Made by a program: the position numbers and the translations under genes. A stretch of DNA of 63,881 bases, the filler included, from Reticulomyxa filosa (taxonomy: Eukaryota; Protista; Foraminifera): the NCBI GenBank assembly GCA_000512085.1. It is 24 parts of 24 records of this genome, joined end to end, with 100 filler letters (N's around TTAATTAATTAA, not from the genome) between each part and the next. Parts side by side here need not be neighbours in the genome. Positions count along the whole stretch, not along the records: positions 52,910 to 62,351 come from ASPP01005294.1; positions 62,452 to 63,881 come from ASPP01009916.1; 22 more parts are not named here. The stretch is one strand, 5' to 3'. Positions 53,001 to 63,881 of the stretch are shown here, piece by piece. The notes under the pieces are model-generated. The model was not told where the DNA came from. It worked only from the letters and a program-made list of their open reading frames with translations, and did no database searches. The number at the start of each line of letters is the position of its first letter. Position 1 is the first letter of the stretch.

Positions 53001-54289
53001 GTGAATTACATCTATGCTTGGGGAGTCAATGAACATTATCCGAAAAGATTTCCAGTCTCGGAAATATATCCAACACAACCGATCCTATGTTCTACTTTGA
53101 GCAAGCTCTTGCCCATTTCAGACATTTGCTGTTTGCGCAACGCCACAATTTTTATTACAGGTTGGTTTGTTATGTTTATATTATATGTTCCATTCCTTTT
53201 TTAAGAGTCAAAATCAAACAAACAAATATATATATATATATTTATTTATATATTTCTTTTTATATACATATATTTATTTGTATTTATTAAAGTAAAAACA
53301 AGACATTCCAACACAAATGGTGCAACATATGTAATACTACTGCACTTTTGCTAGCATTTCAGCGCAAGTATGTTCCGATTCTTAACAGCTTTTTACGCGA
53401 ATGCGTTGGGACCACAAAGTGGATGCTGTTTTCGTTTCAGTACATGATCGAGCTGATGTGCAAATATATTGGAAACAATAGCATTTACTATTGTGGACAA
53501 ATCGATGGTCTGAAAGATTTTGTTGTGGAAACAAATGATCACAAAGCAAACGGATATGAAGATGGAAGTGATGATGGGGATGAAAGCATGGGTATTCGGA
53601 TGATTCAACATGCGCGATTGGACGAAATATGTGCAGACAAAGTCAGCTGCGGGGAGAGCCATGTGACGATCTTGGATAAGAACAAAAATGTGTTGTATGG
53701 ATTTGGAGAAAATTTGGAAAATCAATTGGGAACGCAGGAAGAAGAAGAAGAGGAAATTGAAAAGACTATTGGCAATGTTGATCCTTTTCAAAAGAATATT
53801 ACCCGATTTCATTATTCCAAATATCGACCCATTGAAATTTGTTTTGAAATGACTTACTTTGCCAAACGTAACAAAACTATTGTCGATGTCATTTGTGGCC
53901 GACATCACACTTTGGCTCTCGTTGAAGAAGAGTGGTGCATTTATGCGTTTGGCAACAATAAAGTCCCCTTTGTGATGCTAAATTTGCAACAGCAAATCAC
54001 AAATGCTGAATTGCTTTGCGACAACTTTAACAGACATGAATTGATTATCATCGCTGGTGAACAAATTACTGACATATTGGTAATTGTCGATCACAATAAT
54101 TTACTTTTGTCTGGAGGACAAAATCAATATGGCCAAAAGTCATTGACTGGAAAGGAAATTGGTAAAGACAGTTTTAGAACAATTGCGCAGGTGGAAAAAC
54201 AGAAATTGATTGAACAAATTGGAAGTAAGAATATCGTTGAATATGCCTTCCTGTTGTCCGAGTCAACATTTATTTTAACACGTGAATGA
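53001..54289 (+). CDS. RCC1-repeat protein
   Basis: IYAWGVN, VSCGESHVTIL..LYGFGENLENQLG, VICGRHHTLAL..IYAFGNN, GQNQYGQ. Intron after about 53160; true start not determined. Confidence 0.8.
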
Positions 54290-54929
54290 TTTTTTTTTTT
54301 CCTTGCAGTTATAAAAAAGTTTTTTTACAACATCTTTTTGTAATATCAAAATTGTTCATATTTGATCAAGGGGATCACGCATATTACCGATCGATCTACA
54401 AATATACATTTTTACTTTTTTTTTTGGCATTATGTTCAAGCAAGTTCCGGGCAGAAATCTCATCGCTATGAAACCTTTTATTAAAATTTTAAATTGTATT
54501 GGTTTCATTATTGTGCATGCTGTTGGACCCAACTAGTTTGCCCTTTGATGGAATCTCAAAATTTGTAATGATGTGCAAGGCTTTGTGACGTCCTAAAAAA
54601 ATGAAATAACAGTAAAAACACGGATAGACTTAGAGACGTAAAAAGGGAACGAAAGTTCCGCCGTTCTTTATTTTATTTTTTGAAATGGAACCAGCTGATA
54701 GAAAACGAAAAGCAAGTTTGCCAGCAGAACAAGTTCATGAGCAAGTGAAAAAATTGAAACCACAGACAGGAGTTGAGTAGGTTCTTGGCAATATGCCAGA
54801 ACAAAGATTTTACAGTAGTTTTTATCCACGTTCCTTTTTTCGCAACAATTCAAAGTGTGACACATTTATTTTTCACTTTTTTTGTTTGTTTAAAAAAAAT
54901 TGATCAATTGAAAGGATGCTGTAAGACTA

Positions 54930-56512
54930 AAGGTAAAGGTCGAAGAAGATACGAAAGTTGACGTCGGAACAAATGCAGAACCCCCAAAAAAACACAAAAA
55001 ACATCGCAAATCGGAGCTGTACGAAACATTAGGTGTAGAATCGGACTCAGACTGTTTAATCGGTTCTATGAGTAATGAGGAGGATGACCAAGCCTCATGG
55101 CTTGGGTATCCCCCAGATTCATCTGCCGATTTTCCTTTGCCTATTGATAATCAGCAAAACAACAGTTTTGTTGACATTTTTTTTTCCTTTCTCGTTAGTT
55201 GTCTCCAAAAAAAAAAACAAAATAATAATAATTTTTTTTTTTTGTAAAAAGCTAACGAAGATCCGAACTTTGACACATTGTTGTACAACTTGGCAAGATT
55301 GGATGTTGCTGGTGATTCAACTGATGAAAGGTGTCCTTTGTGCAATGCCAAGATTCCTTTGCAAAAGTTTGCGAACCACGGTTAAGTTTTTTCATTTTAT
55401 TCAATGCTTGCACAAAAAATAAAAAAGTATTGATTGCAAGTTTTTTTTTGGTGACGGATGGATGGGGGAAAAAAAAACAATAATCAATAGTATATTCGTG
55501 CTTGGACAACCTGCCCTCGGACCAGTTGAATGACATAGCAAAACAAACGCAAGAGGACGAAGCAATGGCCCTCTCTCTCACAGTTGTGCTAACTAATGAC
55601 TTGTATTTTTATCTGTTGATACTTGTTCATTGGGGGATTAGTCATATCGGATTGGGAATGTCCATTAAAAAAAATAGCAAAACTTCGGAAACAATCCATA
55701 TTCAGCTTCGTTTGAAAGCCAATGCCCAATATGTGGAAAGACGCTTGCCGTGGGGGAGGGTATGAACGTGCACATGAACGAGTGCTTGGATGTTCAAGAA
55801 AACAAGAAAAGGAACAAAGGAGAAAAGACGAAGAAAGCGTACAAGAAACAGTCGATTTGCTGGGCTCTTTTCACGTAGAAGAGAAAAAAACCAAACCACT
55901 GAAACTGAATGATCGTCAGATGGCGGCATGTGCCAACCGATTGCTGCAAGAGCAAAAAGGCTCCGACACCTACGATGAAATGCTAAACATGTTTAAGTGC
56001 TTGGGATTCAACGCCAAAAATATGAAAAAAGTGGTCGACAGTCAAAAAAATGCCATGGAAAATACAAGTGGCTCTGAGTTTGACCCAAACAATACATATG
56101 CAGAGATGAATGACAACATTACCGGACCGTCTCGATCTAGGGCCACTGATAGCCATCGACAAGACAAAGTCAACACGGTTCCATTTTCTGATAATATTCT
56201 ATATAACGAAACAAATACGAATGAAATTGACATGAAGCCTCAAAAAAAAATGAAGAAAATTGGGAGCTTGACCGCCAAGGAGGAAGTTATGCGAACCAAG
56301 AATTGACCAAAGAACGAAGGCCTTCACCAAACTTGGAACAGATGAAATTGAATGAAAATAAAATGGCTCAGTCTCCACCACCCCAAAGTGGAAGTGCGCC
56401 ACCACCATCAATTAGTTACAAATCTGCGGATGTAGACAATTGTTATGTTATGGACGAAGAAAGACAAAGGCTTGCAGCTAATACTCCATTGCCTGACGAT
56501 GACGATCTGTAA
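54930..56512 (+). CDS. Unknown multi-exon hydrophilic protein
   Basis: Exon-like blocks separated by T-then-A introns (about 55176-55251, 55381-55490). ORFs 55722-56306 and 56303-56512 are offset by a probable 1-nt indel. Start uncertain. Confidence 0.55.
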
Positions 56513-57146
56513 AAAGAGAGTCCTTATTGTTTTCTTTTGTGATAATTTTTTTTTTTTTGCTTTCCTATGCAAGTGTGATTTTTAGAGGCTACAAATGTCG
56601 AAGTCTTGTTTGTTGCTGTGGTTGAAAAACAACAACTTTTTTTCAACACAGCAGTTCAGTCATACTAACAATCTTTAATATTGGCGTGTGGTAATGAGTA
56701 ACAAAATAAAGGAAAATCTTTGAAAATGTGTGGGTTTTGGTTGAATTTTAGCGTTTTCGAGCCTACAAAAAAAGGTCTAAAACGCAACTTTTGCTTGCTC
56801 AAATAAAATGTGAGATGAACGGTGCAGACTATCATTTGAGTAACAATATGTTGTTCCTTCATTTTCGCACTTTCTTTGTTAAATAAGCAAGTTTAAAAAA
56901 AGTAAAACTGGACACACTTCAACATCTTTCAGTAAAATTTTTTCGATTGTTTTTAAAATGATTTCATATATACTTGTTTTGGATTGTTGCTACATTTGAG
57001 ATCCTTAGAAAGTTAGTCAATGAGCAGTGAATAATGTAAGGAGCTTGAGTCGTACCTTTCAAAAACATTCAAAGCATAAAGAACCTTTTAAATTCAATTG
57101 CTTATCTTTGATTTTCTTGTGCACAAACCTTGACAAAAGCAAGTAT

Positions 57147-57483
57147 TCATTGACGATTTCCATCAAATTCCCATTGTCTGCGACATAAAGGACATTTCTG
57201 TTGTGATCTTGGTTCGTTTATCCATTCCAATATACAATGCATATGAAAATGATGTTTGCAAGTCCCCCACACTGAAGTATTTAATTCGTATTTCATGTGC
57301 ATTTACTCACTTCAGAAAAAAAATGTTTTCAAAAACGAGAGTACCGGGAATACAGTCATCTCCAGGAGTTTTACATTTTGGGCAACACATTTCAAACGGT
57401 TGAGAACAAATACTGCACAACTCTTCTTTGGTAATCCATTTCCAAGCAGCGATGCCATGCCATGCTTTGACTTTAACTTTCAT
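57147..57483 (-). CDS. APC11: Anaphase-promoting complex subunit 11 (RING-H2), 87 aa, one intron
   Basis: Exons 57483-57345 and 57271-57147 give [87 protein letters not shown]. Confidence 0.96.
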
Positions 57484-58026
57484 ATTTATTATGAGGTGAT
57501 CAATAGAAGCTGAACGTCCACCGAAAGATGTTTTATACGCTGTATTTCCCTTTTTCTTTTGTTTCAGTGCTGTATTGCTTTAATAAATTTTACAACAAAA
57601 GACAAGAGTTTTGCTTCATATCGTTTCTGAATTTTTGTTTGACAATTGAGTGGATATATTGTTTATAAAATGACAGAAAGTCTAATGTACAGAAAAAAAA
57701 CAAATGCAAATATGAATGTTATCTATTTGCACTGTTGATGCAAACTATGGCCCATCAATCGGTATGCATATAATGCATTAATGCAAGCTAACAGACTTTG
57801 ATTTTTTAAAATATTTTTACTGTGGTATATTATGTTTAAAATTCTTTTCAATGATTTAATCAATATGAAAAGATAATTTAAGATATGTTACCCATTATCG
57901 GACTAATCAAACAAAGCAAAATATACATTTAAATCTTTTTGTGGATAGATTATAAGGCTATGGTTGTATTGCCAAGTATCGTAAACGATCTCAGTAAGTT
58001 CACTTCTTTTGAACAAGGTGCTTGAA

Positions 58027-58937
58027 ATGCAAGAATCAACCCCATCATCCAAAAGAGCCGTTTTGCTCGGAAGTTTTTTGACTATAGGTATAATCGGTTA
58101 CCAATATTTTAAATGGAGCAAGCATCGAAAACCTGTAATTGCAGTTGATTTAGACGAAGGTAAGTTAGGGTTGGTATGTGCTCGTTTCTTCTTGGGCAAG
58201 AATACTTATTGTGTGGACAGTGCTGGGAAGATTTGTAGAGGCCATGTGCAAGTTTCATACCGATCACTACACTCACGGAAAGTACAAAGTTGAGAAAATG
58301 TAGAATTTTTTCGAATTCAACAACTTGTTGGCAAAAAAAGGGCAAAAAAAAGGTTTCAGACTTCCACAGTTACATGTTCAATGAAGTGTGGGGTTGTTCG
58401 GTTGAAGAAGCAACAAGAGTTGTGGATGAGTTTTTGGACTCAGAGACATTTCAAAAAGATCATATTGAAATAATTCCTGGTGCGTTTGAAGTGTTAAATA
58501 AATTAAAAGATAAGTACGACTTCGTAGTTGTCACTTCACGACAGGCAAAACTTGAAAAATTAACCCGCGCTTGGGTGCGAAAGCACTACCCAGGAATTTT
58601 TAAGGACATTCGCCTTGGGAACCACTTTTCCAGTCAAGGGAAAAAACTCTCAAAAGCAGAAATGTGTAACCAAATTGGTGCTTCCGTTTTAATTGATGAT
58701 TCTATACAATACACTGCCGAATGTGCTCAATTCATGAAACATGTTAATTGTCTTATCTGTTTTTTCTTCCTTGGTTCACGATCCCGTTGTGCATTTGTAT
58801 CAATAAAACAAAAGGTTATATTATTCGACTGGAATGGTTCATATCAATGGAATAAAAAAGAAATCGAACACAAAAATATTGTCCGACTTAAAACTTGGGA
58901 AGAAATAGATCAGTTCTTGTCAACACACGAACTGTAA
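58027..58937 (+). CDS. HAD-superfamily 5'(3')-deoxyribonucleotidase-like protein (NT5C family) with an N-terminal hydrophobic anchor
   Basis: IAVDLDEVL motif I across intron 58160-58220, IPGAFEVL, VVTSR, KAEMC, VLIDD. Further introns 58289-58352 and 58743-58814. Confidence 0.88.
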
Positions 58938-59691
58938 CGTTCAATTACTTTATCTGGATTAATCATTTTTTTTGTGTAAGGAAATAAAATGAGAGCAATA
59001 AGTCAATGATTTAAATAAAATTAAACGCGATTTTTGTGTCATATATAATTATTTTTTATATTTTCTGTTCAAACTATCATAAGTTGCAAGAAAAACTAAA
59101 CACTTAAAATAGATCACTTTTATAATACTGTATGAAGTTCGCATAATTATTACATTTTTAGTTCAATAAGTTTTTTGACTTTTTTTAAAGTTTTCACACA
59201 TTTGCTTTTGATTGTTTAAAGAGTTATAAAACCATAGCGAATATCACAATTTATTTATGAAAACTCAGTATTATGTTTTATTTTCAACAAATAGATAATC
59301 AAAAAACTTTAAAAAGTGTTTTTATTTATTTTTATCCCAAAAATATGCTTCTACGTTAAAATTAATTTTTCTAATCTCAAATATAGTCATTGTCATAATT
59401 TTACTAATGTTTAGTTTTCCATCGAAACGTTTCAGAGTAAGAGGTAAAAATTACAACGATGGCATACTTGACAAATAGAGATTGCCTGGTAAAGAAAGAA
59501 AAAGGAAAGAAAGAAAAAAAAAACAACAAAACAACCAAAAAAAGGGCGAAGCTTTTGCCGCTTCTGTCCAGAGAAACACTAAGCACAAAATCTCGAAAAA
59601 ACGATAAACCAAACTAAAGTGAAAAATGGTGATATAAAAAAAACTCAAAAATACAAAAGAAAATGTAATTTTGTTGTCGTAGTGGACACAC

Positions 59692-61241
59692 TCAAATTGT
59701 GTCTTCGTCATCGTCGTCCCATAAAATGTCGGGCATATCATGGTTTCCATGTTCATTATCAAGAAAAGGCGCAACAAAATTTTTAGAAGTCCATATTCCT
59801 GACGTATTAAAATTACATTTGTCTCTTGTCACAAGACGTAAAGAATCTATTTTTTGTGACTCTTCTTCATGGATTTGGCGAGTCTGAAAACTGACACTAC
59901 ATGACCTTTCGCGGAAATGAGCATCATCATCACTTGCACTTTCATTGACCGGTTCGACAATTTTAGGTAATTTTCTCGAGCTGTTTTTGTTACTTTTGGC
60001 CGGTTTTCGAGGTTGCAAAGGTGACAATGGAGTTTCACAGGGAGGAGTAGGTGGGATTGGTGTGCTATTTTCAGACGACAATGTATCACTTGGCTTCAAG
60101 TTTTTTACACTTTTGGTTTTTCTTTTTCCTTCTCTTTTTCCCTTTCTTTTTCTTTGTTTTTTTCTTTCTCTCTATTTTTTTCTCTTTCTTTGTCTTTTTC
60201 TTTTTCCTTTTCTTTTTCTTTTTCTTTTTCTTTTTCTTTCTCTTTTTCCTTATCTTTTTCTTTTCCTTATCTTTTTCTTTTCCTTATCTTTTTCCTTATC
60301 TTTTTCTTTTTCCTTATCTTTTTCCTTATCTTTTTCTTTTTCCTTATCTTTTTCTTTTTCCTTATCTTTTTCTTTTTTTTTGTCCTTCGAAGTGGTTTTG
60401 ATTTGTTTCTCATTGTCATCCGGCATTTTACTAGGTTTCTTGGCAGGCACCAAAAGCAGGTGACTTGGCAGGTGCCAAAGTGAGTGACTTTGTATTTATT
60501 TTCTGCTTATTCTTGGCTTTTACTTCGGGGATGGGTTTAAGCGTGTTTGTGTTGGAATCAGCGCGCTCGGTTGTGTGTCGTTCCTCAGGGTTGCTATTTT
60601 TTGTGTTTTTTAATCGTTTCCTTTGATCGTAGCCTTTGCTTCTGCTCTCTGTGCCTCTGCCATGGCCGGAAAGGATATTGGGCCATAAGGAGGTATCAAA
60701 CTGAATCGATGGGGTCTATATTCCGACTCAGTGTCCTCATTGTCTGAAGCAATTTCCGGAGTTGGAGACATTGTATTCAGTCGCGCTCCAAATGTATCCA
60801 ATGACTTGAGTATATCATTTAAGTTGTTCATTTTTCCTATTGCAAAAAAAGAAAAAAACTTTTTTATAATTGCACAATTATTGTTCTCTTTAAAATTGTG
60901 TTTACATAAGAAAATGAATTGATTACGAAATATACATACACGTATATGTGTATATACACATACATAACCTTTCTGTAAATGCAAGTTTGAAAGAGCAGGA
61001 TTGATCGCACTGCGACAAGAAAGTGGAGTCACATCTTCTTCGCTGTTGACAGTGACAGCTTGATTGGACCCATAGCTTCTGCGCTGTACGGGTGCAGATT
61101 GCATTCGTGGGAGTTCCGTATTGGATTCTTGAGCAGCAATCTCTATTGTCTTTTCCAAATTCTTGTCCGATTCTTTGTCGTTGTGACTTACCTCTTTTTG
61201 GAGTTGCAATGGTTTGTTGTTGTCATTGTTATTATTAATAC

Positions 61242-61281
<40 letters not shown>

Positions 61282-61902
61282 ACTATTATTATTATTGTTA
61301 TTATTATTGTTATTATTATTATTATTGTTATTGTTATTATTATTACTATCCAATGAATGTTCAATGACGGGGGAAGCGTCTTCCACATTAATTTGTATCG
61401 GTGTGTCATCTCCAATGGGAGTAGTCACATCTTCGATTGTCGAAGCCCTTACACTAATGGCGGCAGGTTTGGAGGCCGGTCGTTTGAGTTGTGGAGGCAG
61501 CGATTCGTTGTAGACTTTGGATTGAGTCAAATCGGACGGATCAACATCCCCAGATGGTTCATACAACAGTACATCGCGTGCATTTCCTTGCTTTTGCTGT
61601 TTTTGATGATGTTGCTGTTGTCGATTTTCATCTGCCTGCTCTTGGTTCAAATTGACCAAGTCATTGACCATTACTGCCAAATCCCCTTTTTCAGTTTCGA
61701 GAGATGCAAGAGCTTGAGTCAAACGCTGGTTTTCAACTTTCAGCTCGTTCAATTGATCCTCCAAACTATTGTTCTGCTCCTCCAATATGCTGTTGTCACT
61801 TTCCAATCGGGTTAATTTGACCATTGCTGCTTCTTTCGAGGCTATTTGGTCCAAAAGTTGCTGACCACATATATGTATATATATATACAAACATACACAT
61901 GC

Positions 61903-61934
<32 letters not shown>

Positions 61935-62309
61935 GTATATGTATATCACAACAAGCAAATCAGAAAAATTGGAGTCTCTTCTTCTCCTTCAATCTCATGA
62001 TGTTATACACTGCAAATAATTAGAAAAATGTAAGCACCTTATAAATTTCATCTTTTTTGCTTCTTTCAAGGTCCAATTTGTCGCTAAGTTTACTGATGTA
62101 CGCATTCATTTCGTTGACTTGTTGGAAGCTTGTTTTCGAGACGCCTTCTCGCTCCAGGTCTTTTACTGATATTTGGAGCTGCAGCTCCGCCTTGTCCGCA
62201 CGCAACTTTTCCACTGTCAGTTCCATTTGTGCAAATTTTTCTTTCCATTTCTTTTGTTCACTGTCAAGTTTTTCTTTCAGTTTTTTCGTATTCTCCCCAT
62301 GCAACGGCG

Positions 62310-62310
<1 letters not shown>
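59692..62310 (-). CDS. Large coiled-coil/low-complexity protein, C-terminal part (multi-exon)
   Basis: Coiled-coil exons near 62037-62300 and 60970-61860, a poly-Asn tract, a KEKD repeat and terminal ..WDDDDEDTI*. No family recognised. Confidence 0.7.
60120..60380 (-). repeat. Purine-rich repeat encoding (KEKD)n
   Basis: Tandem TCCTTATCTTT/TTCTTTT units on the plus strand. Confidence 0.85.
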
Positions 62311-62351
<41 letters not shown>

Positions 62352-62489
62352 NNNNNNNNNNNNNNNNNNNNNNNNNNNNNNNNNNNNNNNNNNNNTTAAT
62401 TAATTAANNNNNNNNNNNNNNNNNNNNNNNNNNNNNNNNNNNNNNNNNNNNGTGTAAAACAAAACAAAACAAAACAAAACAAAAGATAC

Positions 62490-63573
62490 CATCGTGTGGT
62501 CGAATGATCTTTTTTCTTTTTTGTTCTTTTGGCTTGTGACTTTTTTGTGAAGTGGAGGATTCAACGGCGATAGTTTCTATCTGCGATGGGACAACGCGGT
62601 TGTGTTCATGACTGGGTTTTGGAATGGCAGCAACATCGGCTTCTTTTTCTTCGTGTTTGTTATCGTCTTCTTTGTGTTCTTCCTCGTCTTCGTTCTCTTC
62701 CTCTTCCTCGCGTTCGTCCTCCTCCTCCTCTTCTTCCTCATTTTCGTCGTGTTCTTGTCGGTTTTGTTGTAATACTTCGCGTTGTTGCTGTTGTTGTTGA
62801 TATTGTTGGTGTTGTTGGTGTTGTTGGTGTTGTTCTTGTCCTTGCTCATGTTCTTCATCATTTTCTTTTTACCTCAGTACGCATTTCAACCTTGTCTCGT
62901 CGCTGCTATGCTTCCGATTGTTGTCATCCGCCACTTCTTGATTGCCGCTATGGCGTTGACGTTCGTGTTCCTCCACGCCACTATACTGTCTGTCTTCCTC
63001 GTCTTCGTTCTCTTCCTCTTCCTCTTCTTCTTCTTCTTCTTCTTCTTCATCCTCTTCTTCCTCCTCTTCATCCTCGTGTTCTTCCTCTTCGTCGTGGCCT
63101 GCAACCCCTGCTCCTGCCTCTGCGTCCTCCTTTTTCTCCTCATGGTCGTCTTTCTTCAGCTCTTCGTTGGAATGGCGATGGCCCGCGCGAGCAGAGTGGA
63201 ACGACCGCTTTTGCGATTTACCGCATTGGCCGGAGTTCCGCTGCCATTGCGTGCCAATGTGTGTCTTCTTCTTTTTGGTCTGCGTGCCACTCGTAGTGGA
63301 GATGATGCTGTGTCCACAAATGACATTGTTCGCGTTCGAGTTTCCAACAGTCGCCGTCCCCGCAGTAGTAGAAGTAGTAGTAGTGGTGTCCCCCGTCCCA
63401 GCACTGCCAACGGGGGTCAAGCTCACATTGTTGACAATCACTCGATTGTCGCCCATCAGCAGACGCAGTTCCACCGGCAGTGCCAGTTTGGATAATTGCA
63501 GGATCATTTCCTTCGCAGCGCTGGCAGTGGCACTTTTCTTGCGACTGTCCATGCCAACACTCTGAAGGCAAGT
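62490..63573 (-). CDS. Fragment of an acidic low-complexity protein
   Basis: Poly-E/Q-rich frame. One added A near 62891 extends ORF 62869-63792 to a GT donor near 62489. Confidence 0.55.
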
Positions 63574-63881
63574 GTCAGTTGTCAATTGAAACCCAATCCA
63601 AAAAAAAAAAACAACAGTTTTGCATGTATATTTTTTTGCTCCCTCTCCTCTCTTCCTTCGTTCCTCCTCTCTCCCTATGCGATACAAAAAGCAAAGTGTA
63701 AACAAGCAACGAACGAATGGAGAGAATCGACAAGCATATACATTACAAGGTAAGTTTGGTTTTGATAGTTCAATCGACAGACGGCCTTCCAAATGCTCTC
63801 CTGCTTCTCTGACACTGTTGGGGGAGTGATTGATCGAGTATTCTTTGATATCTTTTTTTTTTTTTTTTTTTATTTTTTTTT

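Overview
This is not one locus. It is 24 short contigs or contig fragments joined by 23 identical 100-nt artificial linkers (N44-TTAATTAATTAA-N44), so gene adjacency is meaningful only within a segment. The DNA is AT-rich and eukaryotic, with short GT-AG introns and many (AAT)n, (TA)n and homopolymer tracts. A one-residue (Ala) insertion at a polyubiquitin monomer junction points to Rhizaria, probably a foraminiferan such as Reticulomyxa (inference). Recognisable genes or fragments: NAD kinase, a divergent two-intron histone H2A, GH3 beta-xylosidase, GT31 (C1GALT1-like) galactosyltransferase, a divergent UDP-sugar pyrophosphorylase, a Rac-like GTPase, a USP9X/24/34-like deubiquitinase, a TPR protein, a MacB/LolD-type ABC ATPase, a RING/TRAF-type zinc-finger protein, a decayed di-ubiquitin gene, a PX+Nexin_C sorting nexin, a large PT-repeat/beta-helix surface protein, an RCC1-repeat protein, APC11 (absent from the ORF track), an NT5C-type HAD nucleotidase and several coiled-coil proteins. 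Several contigs look like decayed coding DNA. Best leads: (1) the Rac switch-II motif is supplied by a 10-nt micro-exon that encodes a natural Q61K (with A59G); (2) many introns are T-rich at the 5' end and A-rich before the AG, the reverse of a polypyrimidine tract, suggesting structure-assisted splicing; (3) a ~105-nt GC-rich intergenic island that folds by eye into a multi-arm RNA. All protein assignments come from motif recognition by eye; no searches were run.
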